Shown piece by piece: positions 23,401 to 36,300 of a stretch of 64,000 bases of DNA. Source of the stretch: Anaeramoeba ignava BMAN. Taxonomy: Eukaryota > Protista > Anaeramoebae. Each line of letters opens with the position of its first letter. Position 1 is the first letter of the stretch. The position numbers and the translations under genes were made by a program. The notes under the pieces are model-generated. The model did no database searches. It was not told the DNA's origin and saw only the letters and a list, made by a program, of their open reading frames with translations. Location: contig JAPDFW010000057.1 in NCBI GenBank assembly GCA_028826165.1, positions 532,726 through 596,725 of the forward strand. The letters run 5' to 3'.

Positions 23401-26400
23401 AGAATAATCGATAGAAGAGAGATTAATTTTGAGAGTGCGAACTAAACAGAGAATTGTTTTTCTTTCCAAATGAGCCATTAATTGTTTCATTTTTTCATTT
23501 TCTTCACTTATTATTATTATTTTCTTGTTTGAATCACTCAGTTCTTTAAGTTTTGAGTTAAAAAAATGGATCATTTCTGGAAGAATTCGATTAAGAAGTT
23601 GAGTAAATGTTGGATATCTGCTCATTTTTGAATCTAATAATTCCACAACCTTCTGATACAAATATAGGAAGATTTTCAGAGATTGGTTTTTGGAAAGATT
23701 CTCTATATCAATGCTTTTGTAATTTTCTTCCTCTTGTTGTTTGATATAAGCATTTTTTAAGGAATTATCAGCTAAATTTTTTATCAAACGATGAATAAAT
23801 TGTTCAATAACCAAAAAATGATTTTCAAGTGAGAAAGGGATAATTTTGCAAGTTTTCAATATCATATTTGAATATTTTCTGTTTGTAATTAAATATTGTT
23901 TGACTTTTCTATTTTTGTGCATTTGTTGCACTGATTCAATACCAGAATCGGAATCTCCAACATTTTTTGGTAAAGCAACTTTCTGGTAATTTAATAGGAA
24001 AGGTAATGAAGCAAGGAATTTTGAATCTAAATCTTTGTACTTGCGCCAAAACACTCGGAATTTTCTTGTAAATTGAACAATCTCATTCCAGTAATTTTCA
24101 ATTTTGATTAAGTTGATTTTTTCCGTGAAATTTTTGTTTTGCAGAATTAACTTCAAATTTTGAGTAATGCTGATTTGTTCACTGCTTTTTTCCTTTCTGG
24201 GCGTTTTGAGATGAAATTGTTTTGGAATTGGTTCGATAATGATATGGTTATTTTTAACTGTTTGATCCAATTCATTTTCACTTTCTGATGAGGAAGTTTG
24301 TGAGAAATCAATATTAACAAAATTTCCAGCAAATTCTTTATTCAAATTTTTTGAGAAATCTTGTTTCTTTTTTTGCATATTGGGCGATTTTTTATTCTTA
24401 TTCTTATTCTTATCCTTTTTTTCCTTGTTTTCAATATTTTTTTCAGATAAAAGACTAATATCAAAAATATATTTAAAAGCATTAGCAAATGAGATTTGTG
24501 GTTTTTTAAGAAGATCAACCCAAAGAATGAAACCCAAACTTTGCAATTTATTTTCTTGATTTGAATCACTTCCATCATTTACACTTTGATTTCCCATATT
24601 TTCACAACTTCGATTTTGCTCTTCTTGGTGTTCATTTTCAGATTTATAAATAATTTGAGAAAAAAGAATATCACCAACAAGAATAGTAAATAATCTTGAT
24701 AAAGAATATTGATCATTAAACGCGTTTTCTGATTTGATTGATTTCGAATACATTTCTGAGAGATCCTCATTAAGCCACAAAGTCATTGAGTTATATATAT
24801 TAATTAAACTGGCATCGAATGAGTTTTCATCGCTTTCAAACAAGCTTTTTTGGTTGTGGTTCTTGATACTACTATAAATTTCAGCAAGTCTTGATGCAAC
24901 CACTTGCTGAAGAACGCGGTTATTTTCATATTCGAAACATTGATTCATTAAATGCTTTCCAAACATTACAGCTTTGATATTATTACTTGGCTGGTTTCCA
25001 TATTCGTTATCAACAATATATTCAACAAATTGCTCGACCCAAGAAGAATCTCTTGACTCAAAAAACAGCGAGAAAAAAACTTGGAAAATAATTGGAAGTA
25101 AATCGTTTTGTGGATCAGTATTCAGAGCAAATTCAATCCACCAGAACAGATGATTCAGATGTTTCTGAATGATCTTGCCTTTGATAAACTTCGTTATTTC
25201 ATTCTTCTTTTTTTTCCCAAGATCTTCGGCAATCATTGCTCTATGATTCTTCTGCATTTTCGCTTCATAAAGCAATATCATAAATAAAAAGTAAGTGTGA
25301 GTATTCATCAATTCAATTCTCTCACTCAATGTAAATGAAGAGCGTGGAAGTAATGGTTCAAATTTTGGTAAAGTAACCTTCTTTTTTTGCGGGCTTGATT
25401 GGGGTTGCAATGATTTGAATTTCAATTTGAAGAAGTAATGGACCAAATCTTGCATGTGGAATTGAAACGCGAATTTGAATAAATTATTCAGTGTTTTTTG
25501 GATAATTTTGTTTTGATTCCAATCTGTTTGAAATGTTAATAAACATAGCCAAAATATAAACATTTCCTCTGAATTGCAAAAAAATTCATCTTGCGCATTT
25601 TCTGAGAGAAATTTATGATATTTTTTGTTTGTTAGAATGGAATCTTGATACTCAATATTTGCTGGTTTTTTTTCTGTAACCAATTTTTCAATTTCTTCTT
25701 CTTTTATGTTGATTGAAATATTTCTATAAAGAATTTTTTCGAATTGGGATCGTTTATATCTTGTATAAACCATTAAAACTGCAAGTTCGGAAATGATTTC
25801 ACTTGTTTCCTTCTTTGAAAATGGAGGAATTTGCAAATTGATATGTTTTTCCAATATCGCAAATCGGAAAACATCGAAAATTTCTGTTGAACATTTATAA
25901 ATATTATTGATTGTGTTGCTTATTTTTCTATTCTTTTCATTTGGACTTAAATTTGATTCATCATAATTTAATTCAGATTTTAATTCAGATTTAGATTTAG
26001 GTTTTGATTTAGATTTTGATTTTTCGATTAATGCAATTCTTGGCATTTCTTGTACAAATATTTGAGGAATATAATAAAATAGTAATTTGGAAAAGCAATG
26101 AGAATATCCATAAAAAGAAATGGAGTTGAACATTCTATATTTTCTTTCTTGAAAATCTTTCCTCACATGACGAGATTCTGAGCTTCTGCTTTTCTCATTC
26201 TGTAATAGGAAATCTGAAATCAAAAGTAAAGAATATGACGCAAATGGATCAGTATTTTTTTCATTTGAAGTATGATTAAGAAGTATTTGAAGTTGGGAAT
26301 CGTTTGGATAATTAAGAGGAGGAGCGAATCTTCTTCCAAAATGTGAGAATAATTTCAATTTGAATAAAGTTCTCCAACACCAAACTCGGAATCTTTTCTT

Positions 26401-29400
26401 TTTAGAAATGCCAAACATCGAATGATATTTCAACCAAGTTTGTGCAAGAATAAGAACCATTTTTTGGTGGATTTTTGGATGAATAATTAATTTGAATAAA
26501 TTCTTATTGTGAGTATTTTCATTCAACTCATAATCGTAATCATAATTATCATCATCGCCATAATCATTACTATTTAAATTATCATTGTTATTATATCGTT
26601 GATAATTCTTCATTTCGTAATAACCCCAATTAAGATTATCAATACACCATTTGGCAAGTTGGAATAAATTTGATTCAAATCCGGATAACAACCACTTTTT
26701 CAAAATCAGTAAATCATCTTCATTTGGATTCCAAAAATGGAAGGGAATCACCTTAAATATCCTTTTTTGCATGAAAAAATCAATATTTTCAATATTTTCT
26801 GCAACTTGTTGAAATATTAAACTAATCAATTGCTTATTTTTCATTGTTGAATCTTCTATGAACTGAATTAACGGAAGAAAATATAAGTTTTGGTTCTTTA
26901 AAAATGCACATATATATAATTCTTGGAATATTGTAAAAGTGATATCTTTGCTTTTTTGGAAGAGAGCAAGCTTTGATAAGGAAGAAATAAATGATGATCC
27001 AAAAGAAGGATTTGATAATTTTTCAGAAAAATGAAATCTTTTTTCATTCTTTTCGGCTTCTTTTTGTGAAATTATTGTTTCCTTTTCATTCAAATATTTT
27101 TTCCATTCTTGTAATGAATCAATTGTAAACAAATTTCGATTTTCAATTTGTGAATATTTTTCAATAGATTCTTTGTTGAAATATCCATAGAATATGATCC
27201 AAGCAGATTTATTAGTGAGTAAATTAAATGGAAGCTCGTTTAATAAAAAAGAAATGTAATTTTTTGATGACTGAAGAAAACTACTTGTTGCCAAAATGAT
27301 AAGTGAGTTTATTTCCTCAGAAATTTGTGTTTTGTTTTCTGTTAAATTAGTTGCGTAATTTGCAAATTCAAGACAAATATGATTTATGATTTTTCCAATA
27401 TCAGTAATTGAGTGTTCATCCTCTTGAAACTCTTTCAAAGATTTTGAGAGCAATTGAATTGTTTTTGATAAAATATCTTGAATTGCATGAACTTCCAGAT
27501 GTGATTGATAAAAAAGATAGCTCAGAAAACTATCAAATGGAAGTTTTCTGAAGAACTTATGATAATTAATTTCATATTGCTGAATTCTTTGGTTTTGAAT
27601 GAATGAATAAATTGTTTTAGGTGATGAAATTTTAGGACTTTTTTGAATATCTTCAGTTTTTTCTTCTTTTGTAGATTTAATACTTTTGTGAAGAAGAGTA
27701 AGCATAGAAATGAAGTATTCCAAAATTTGTTGATTCCAATATTGAGGAAAGTAAATTATATCACTTCCCCATTCTCCGGAATCAAAGCATTCAATTAATT
27801 CATTAAAAACAAATAACATATCTTCAAGAACTCCAATATGATATAATACTTTTGATAATGTTTTGATATAATTTCGAATTGTGAAAAGAAATTTTGGAAA
27901 AGGTAAATATGGGTTTTTTTCATAAGTTGACAATATTTTTGTTTCTTTTTCATTGTTTTGATTGTATAAATATTCAAATAATTTTTGATTGATATTCCAT
28001 TTAAATGCATGAATAATTTTTCTATAACTATAATGGGGATTTTTATATTTTTTATAAATTTTTTTTGATATTATGTTAACAGGTGCTGAAATGTTAGTTT
28101 TTGATTCGAATTTAAAGAGTAGTTTGATATAATATTTCAATTTTGAAATGTATTCTTTTATTTTTTCAATTTGATTTTGATTTTTAATTATATTTTGATT
28201 TTTAATTATATTTTGATTTTCAATTATATTTTGATTTTCAATTATATTTTGATTTTCAATTATATTTTGATTTTTATTTTGATTTTCATTTTGATTTTTA
28301 TTTTGATTTTGATTTTGATTTTGATTTTCATTTTGATTTTGATTTTGATTTTCATTTTGATTTTCATTTTGATTTTCATTTTGATTTTGATTTTGATTTT
28401 GATTTTCATTTTGATTTTGATTTTGATTTTCATTTTGATTTTCATTTTGATTTTCATTTTGATTTTCATTTTCATTTTGATTTTGATTTTCATTTTGATT
28501 TTGATTTTGATTTTGATTTTGATTTTGATTTATATTTTGATTTTGATTTATATTTTGATTTTGATTTTGATTTTGATTTTGATTTTGATTTTCATTTTCA
28601 TTTTCATTTTGATTTTGATTTTGATTTTCATTTTGATTTTGATTTTGATTTTGATTTTGATTTTGATTTTGATTTTGATTTTGAATTTGATTTTGATTTT
28701 CATTTTGATTTTGATTTTCATTTTCATTTTCAATTAGATTTTGATTTTGATTTTGATTTTGATTTTGATTTTGATTTTGATTTTCATTTTCATTTTCATT
28801 TTGATTTTGATTTTGAATTTGAATTTGATTTTGAATTTCATTTTCATTTTCAATTTGATTTTGATTTTGATTTTCATTTTCATTTTGATTTTGATTTTCA
28901 TTTTGATTTTCATTTTGATTTTCATTTTGAATTTGATTTTGATTTTCATTTTGATTTTGATTTTCATTTTCATTTTGATTTTGATTTTCATTTTGATTTT
29001 GATTTTCATTTTGATTTTCATTTTGATTTTGATTTTGATTTTGATTTTCATTTATATTTTCATTTTGATTTTGATTTTCATTTCCATTTTGATTTTGATT
29101 TTGATTTTGATTTTGATTTTCATTTTGATTTTGATTTTCATTTTGATTTTGATTTTGATTTTGATTTTGATTTTGATTTTGATTTTCATTTTGATTTTGA
29201 TTTTCATTTTGATTTTGATTTTGATTTTGATTTTCATTTTGATTTTGATTTTCATTTTGAATTTCATTTTGATTTTCATTTTGATTTTGATTTTGATTTT
29301 GATTTTGATTTTCATTTTGATTTTCATTTTGATTTTGATTTTCATTTTGATTTTCATTTTCATTTTGATTTTGATTTTGATTTTGATTTTGATTTTGATT

Positions 29401-30153
29401 TTGATTTTGATTTTGATTTTGATTTTGATTTTGATTTTGATTTTGATTTTCATTTTCAATTTTATTTTCAATTTTATTTTCATTTTCAATTTTATTTTCA
29501 ATTTTATTTTCATTTTCAATTTCATTTTGATTTTGATTTTGATTTAAAAAAGCATCTCCAATAAAATTATTTAAAAAGTATTCTATTCTCATTTTTGAAA
29601 GAATATTCTTTAACATAATATTTGCAAATTTATAAAAAATTAAATGTTGAAAATCTTGAAAATTTGTTTTTGTTTGTTCAAATTTTTTTTCATTAAAAGA
29701 AATATGAAAATTTTTCACTTGTTGGGATTGATTAAAAAATTGTTTTTGTTTTTGTTTTTGTTTTTGTTTTTGTTTTTGTTGTTGTTTTTGTTGTTGTTTT
29801 TGCTTTTTTTTTGTATTTTTAATTGAATCATTTTCATTAGTTTTTTCATTTATTTCCCAAATATTAAATAAAGAACTTTTAATTTGAGATTTTTCACTGT
29901 TAATATCCTTTGCAAATCGAATTAAATCTGTTTCATTTTTATAATAATCTTTAATTAAAGTCTTTTAATGTTTTATTTTCTTCTTCATTCTTTTTTTTTT
30001 TTTTTTTGAAATAAAAATTAATTTTAATTTTAAAAATTATTAAATAATAAATATTGTAAATAAAAAAATTAATTTTACAAATTTTGGTTTTTGATAATTT
30101 TTTGGTGACCAAATTGAAAATAAATTATTTTTATTTGATAAATTTTCAAACAT
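20478..30153 (-). CDS. EPG5: EPG5-like autophagosome-lysosome tether
   Basis: FHFWNPNEDDLLILKKWLL..LAKWCIDNLNWGY and ALNTDPQNDLLPIIFQVFFSLF match remembered EPG5 blocks, and the size (over 3000 aa) fits. Probable first exon 30153-30079, intron 30078-29962. Frameshifts near 29890 and 21255 link to ORFs 21241..29718 and 20478..21188. Both termini are tentative. Confidence 0.75.
28171..29545 (-). repeat. About 1.37-kb in-frame AATCAA/AATGAA tract (about 460 aa of N/Q/E) in EPG5
   Basis: Tandem hexamers continuous with the 2825-aa ORF. Confidence 0.95.
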
Positions 30154-30180
30154 TTTTTGTTTTAATTTAAAGAAAGAAAA

Positions 30181-30210
30181 AAAATGAAAAAAAATGAAAA
30201 AAATGAAAAA
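30181..30210 (-). promoter_or_regulatory. Three tandem Inr-like TTCATTTT motifs upstream of EPG5
   Basis: aaaatgaaaa three times, about 30-55 nt upstream of the ATG at 30153. Confidence 0.55.
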
Positions 30211-30301
30211 AAATAAAATGTTTGAAAAAAATTTTTGTTCCACTTTTTTAATAAGAAAAAGAAAACAAATCATTTCCAAATTTTTTTTTTCTATTGATTA
30301 T

Positions 30302-33300
30302 TTAATTAGTCTTGATATTATAATAAGTGAAAACACCAACTAATAATTTTCCATTTTCACAACCAGCAAAAAAATAAGTTGATTCTGGAGAAAACAACAA
30401 ACAAGAAACAGGATAAGAAACATCGTATTTGTGAACTAGTGATAAATCAGAAACTTTAAGAAATTTAATCAAACCTTTTTTTGAACCTGTGACAATAAAA
30501 TTTTCATTTGCAAGAAAAGACCAACAAGTAATTGATTCATCAAGAAGAGAAGAAAGAATCAATTCTGAATTGAGAGTGAATATAGATATCATTGGCCTAT
30601 TTACTGAAAAAACAAGAATACGACCATCTTCGAATATGGAAATCATTGATACTTGAGTTTGATTTACAATTTCAGGCTGATTTTTTTGATTTTCATATAT
30701 TTGCTTAATATCCAAAGTTGTGGAATATTTTCCCGAATAAAGAGAATAGATTCTGCAAGTTCCGTCTTTTGAACCTGTTACAATCATATCAAGATAAGAG
30801 TTGATTGCGAGCGAAGTGATTTCTGCTTGATGTCCTGAAAGTGAATAATTTCTTGTGATTGCAAAAGGTTTTTTTTCAGGGAAAATTTTCCAAACTGCAA
30901 CTGTATAGTCTCTTGACCCAGTTGCAAGAATATTTGAGGAATCAAAAGCAAAACAGGTTACGATATCCTTGTGGAAATTCACGCTAGCAACTAATCTCAG
31001 TGGGTTTATACTCGTGATTTTGAATGAGTTATCCCAATATCCACAACTGAATAAAAACGAGCAATCTTTTGATAATAAATAGCATGTTCTCAAATTCACT
31101 CCGTCTGCAAATGATACGCCAATTTTCCTTTGCTTTGGAAGTGGATCAACTTCGATATTAAACGGTGATTTTGTTATTGATGCTGTGAAATCAATTATCC
31201 ATCGATGTCTCATTAGTTTTTTTGTTAAATTTAAAGAGTATAACTTATGGAAAACTCCCATCCACGACATACTTGATGTTTGTGCTGTGAATTTTAAATG
31301 AAGAACTGCTGTTTCTGATATCTGCGATGAAAATATTCGCATTGAATTGAACATTTCCGCAGTAAATGTTTGTTCGGTATTTTGTTGCGTTGCCATTTTT
31401 TTGCGCGGATGAGATTTGAAAAATAGTTGCATCGGAACTTGTCCGAAATTTTCGATTTGAGATTTGATTCTTTTGATTTCTTCTGGTTTGTTTAATTCCT
31501 TTATATCATAACTATCGTCATATGTTAAAAAATAAAAAACATTGTAAGCCTTTTCTGCCTCTTTTCCTCTTTGTTTAAATCCAAAAATAAGATCAATCCA
31601 TCGATTCAAATGCTGAGAAACATATTCACTTTCCAATCCTTTTTTGCATATTTCAATAAAATGTTTCGGTGATTTTGCCCAATTTGGAAGAGTTACATTT
31701 GATATTTGCTCATTTGTGTGTGAAATTCCAAAATCAAAATTGTTATCATTTATTAACAATTCTGGGAGATAGAAAAATTCAGGAATTAATTCCTTAAGAT
31801 CTCCTGTATTATTTAAACAAGATTTCCAAGATAAACCGATTGAACCAAATAATCGATCTGGATGATCGAATCTTCCTCCATGAAGATGAATTGAAAATGA
31901 AGTGTAAGGTTCGAGACGAACAAGATAATAAACAACTCCAGCTAAAAATTTAAATTTTTAAATATTTAAATTTTATATTTTTAAATTGAAAAAAAAATAT
32001 ATATATATATATTTACCAGGACTTGAATAATGAGAACCATAATAAAAAGGTGGATCTAATTGTGGATGATCAGCAAGATTTTTATATCTTTGAATAAAAA
32101 TTTTAAGCCTCTTTTTATTTAAAGCTCCGATTGGTTTTGATAATTTACGATAAAAACTCGGGTCTTCAAGTCGAATCTCGTTGGATTCATAATCAGAAAA
32201 TATCCAAGGAAAAACAGGATATTGAGACAGATCATTAAAAGAACGACCCGCAATAAAATTTAATTTGAGTAAATATTCAAAATTTGAAATCTTGGAATTC
32301 TTCCATTGCTTAGTAATTGCTTTTAGATTTTCATGTTGATCAAAAACAAGGAATGATCCTAAATGCTTGAAAGTCAAAAGTTTCTGAGTAACTGAAAGGA
32401 AATTTTCTTCTGAAAAATGGAAAAAATAGCTTTTCCTGTTTCTAAATAATATTTCTAAAGATGTTGGTTGAAAATTTAGTCTTCTTTTGGAAATATCAAT
32501 AATATCATCAATTTTCCAATATTTATCCGAAATTTGAATTGGACAGTCATCTTCAAGAGAAGGGAAATCAATATAAAAATTGAGAGCTGATTGTGTAATT
32601 TCAAGAATTCCTTCATAATGGAAAATACCATTTATAAGTTCACATTTGACAGCAAGAACATTTGGATCTTGATTCATGTATTCAATGATTTCATTAAGTT
32701 GTTTTTGTTGTTCTTCTTTGAGCTTTTTCTTTTTTTCTTGTTCCTCTTTTTCTTTTAAGTCTTCAAATTGTAATAAATTTTCAACATCTCTAGAATCCTT
32801 ATTTTCATTTTCATTATTATTTTCATTATTATTATTATTATTTTCATTATTGTTTTGTTCTTTTGGTGGCTTGATTCCAAAAAATGATTGCCGATTCAAG
32901 TGGTTTGTAAAAATGTAATTTAATCTCATTTTTCTTCTGACTCTAATTTTATCTTCAACTTTATCAAGTTTGAAATGAGGTTCGAAAGTAAGAGCTTCAG
33001 GTAGATATTTTTCCCAAATGAATTTATTGAACATTAATTGGCGACTTAGTCTCTTCCATTTTTTGGCAATAAAACGAATTTTGCGGTTATAGAGAATTTG
33101 ATTTTTCTGAATCTTCTTTTTATCATTTTCAATAAAATCCTTTGTTTTTTGAATGATATTCACTCTATTCATTTTTTTTTGATTTAAAAGAAAACTACGA
33201 TTTTCATAAAGTTTGAAAAGATTTTCTTGATATAAAACGTATATTTTGTGGGTTATTCCTTGGAAATTAGTTCGAGTTTCACGATCGATTTTTATCAAAG

Positions 33301-36300
33301 TGGGTTGTAAGTATTCTGTCCATATATAATGCCATTGTCTGTTTTTGAAATTCTCCTCTTTGATTTTCTGCTTATTTGCGTTTCGAATAAGAGTTTCTGG
33401 GATCAAATCAAGAAGAATAGGGCGATTATTCTCATCAAGAAAAAAAGAACCAAGAAAGAAATAGTTCTCCTCAATAACAGAAAGTAAATATTCAAAAATG
33501 ATCTGCTTTGTTTCATTTGGCATTGTTTCAAGATTTTGGATATTGGGGTTTTCTGAGAAAGATTCGGAAATTTTCTCAAATTCAAGCGAGGTTTCGCTGC
33601 TTTGAAATTGTGTATCGGGCTTATTTTGGTTTACTGAGCTGTCACTATCAAGATCAATTCCGCTTTGGTCGGAAATATCAGGTGTTGATCTCTTGATTTT
33701 GGAATCGTTATCCTGAGAAACATCTGATAAATCACTCAGAATTTTGCGCTCTGGAATAAGAAAGTTAAAACCTTCTAAAGGATCGTAAATGTGGAAATTC
33801 AAACAGTTGAAAAGAATCGCGACAACATCAAGAACAATTTTATTATCAGGGAAAAAAAGAATCAAGAGCTTGATCTTATTGATAAATTCCCTGCATTTTT
33901 GCGGATCGAGAGTTGGAAGAAAATGCAAATAAAGCAGAAGAACGCTTCTGATTAAATTACTATTTTTTGGGCGATTTTTGGAAAGAATCGAGAGCATAAT
34001 CCAAAAGTTACTTTTCTCAAGAAAATCCACAAGACCTGAAACAACCACAAAATCATGGTCATGTGTGTGTTTGATTCTTGATTCCAGCTTGATAATCTCT
34101 GCTTTACTCTCCTTTTTCTGGGAATCGTTCTCGGCAAGACTTGTTTTTTTGTGTTTTGTCACTTGAATTAAAATGTAAGAGAAATCAAAGTAAAAATATC
34201 TTTGGATCAGAACAATAACTGTTGTGATATTTCGCAAGATTGAGTGAGTGAAATTTGGAGTGAGAAAAATCATGCTTTGTGAAGCTAATCCATGGCATAA
34301 ATCAAACAAAATTCTGCGCAAAATAATTTGCTCATTTTGGCTTTGATCTGCAATTGACAATCCGATATAAGCGATTGTTTGGAAAAGAACTTGGAAACCT
34401 TTGGATTCGTTGAGGATATTTTCTGTGTGAATAAACTCGAAAAAATCAAAAACTGCGTTGTTGATCAAAGTTGGGATATGGACAATCGTTTCATTTGAAG
34501 GAGATTGATAGAACGTTTGTTCCTGAACCAAAAGATCTTCAACACTCACAAGATCAAGTAATTTCAGCTGCCAAGCAGTCAAGTTCGTGAGACTCAAAGC
34601 ACTTCCTTTTTCTTTGCTCAATTCATATTTTAAACGTTTCACAAAATTAATTGCGTGGATATTTTTGTATTTCTTGATGAAATTAAGGATTGTGAAGAAA
34701 ATATATGGTTTTTCGAGAGATAGTTTTTCTTGTGCTTTGGGATCTTGTGGAGTTAGCATGATTTCAAAAAGAAAATTTGCAATTTCAGATGTGAGCTCGT
34801 TTTCAAGCAGAAGTTGATCCACAATAGCATATCCATGATTGATATCGAATTTGGAAGGTAGCGATCTTTTTTGTGACAAAATTTGATCCAATTGATATAA
34901 GGATTCCAGGACTAATTTCCTCAGACTTGGTTCGGGAGTTGATAGCAGATACACAAGTGGATCAATCAAGGATGAATCAAGAATTGGTTCAGGTGATTGG
35001 AAAAGTGATATTTTTTCTTTTGAAAGGAGATTCACAAACATTTTGAGCAAATCAACATAAATTTTCTTGTTTTCCAAATTGCAAAATTGGTAAATTGTTG
35101 ATGTTAAAGTGGTTTTAATTTCGACGTAATTTCTTGGGATATTTCTCGCAAGAATTTCGATTCTTTCCTCAAGTAAACTGAGGATAATATCTCTTAATTT
35201 GCGTGTTTCTTCTACAGTTAATGTACGCTTGATTTCGCGATTGGTTTTGTTGTTATACTTTGTCTCAGTTGCGCGTGAAGAAGATTCAGGGATGATCCAG
35301 TAATACAATATCAAAATTTCTACAATTTTAGAAGTTGGAAATGTAATTGACTTGAGTGTATCGTTTGGAATTGAATTGTTCAAAACAGCGGCGATAAGAC
35401 GGAACAATTCTTTTTGAACTTCAAAACTGCAATAAACCCACAAATCAAAGCCAAGCAAGAAATTGAAGAAAATGTCATTGATAAATGCTATTTTTCTTGA
35501 TTTTTGGAGGATATTTTGTGCTATTTGGATAATTCCAGTCGAAATGAATAAAGGATCAACATTGGAAATCATGTCTGAGATTAATGAGAAGGAATATCTC
35601 TGCAGAAATTCTGTTTGGAACGATTCCACTTCGTAAATGATATCTGCAAATATTTTAAAGGTTTGATCCAAATATTTGATTTCCTCATATTCTTTTGAGC
35701 ATAAAGTATTTTTTAATCCTGAGAAAAGAATATCAAAGTGCGATATCAAAGGGAAGAATACAGGAATTCCGCCCAGACTTTCTATGATTCCTTCTAAGTT
35801 CTTTGTGGATATTGTCACCATCCCTGATATCAAAGCAAGATTTTCTGTAGTTGAATTTTGACTCAAATCAAGGCAATATTTTTTCTTTGTGATTGCTCTT
35901 GGATGATACACAAGAAAGAGTTTTGAACTCAAAGAACAGAAAAATTCGAAATTTGGATTATCCAAGGGTTCTGTTGGATCAAGCAAATCAAAAGGGATTG
36001 AGTCCTTCAAAATTAAATGTGAAAATTCCATCAAGAAGTTGGAATCAAGAAACTCTTGGAAAAAGTATATTGTGCCCATTTGTCCGAGGAAGAAACTATC
36101 TTTTTCCTTATCTTTTTCTTGTAGCATAATGTGGTCTTCCTCGTTGAGTTTTTCTTCTTGTGTAATGATATCTTTGTCTTCTTGGATATTTTTTGGGTCT
36201 TGTGTGCCGTCGAGTTTGATTTCTTGGACATTCCCAACACTTTGCTGATTTTGGGAGTTGGAGTTTGTTTTATTTTCGCTTTTTGTGGTTAAGACAGAAT

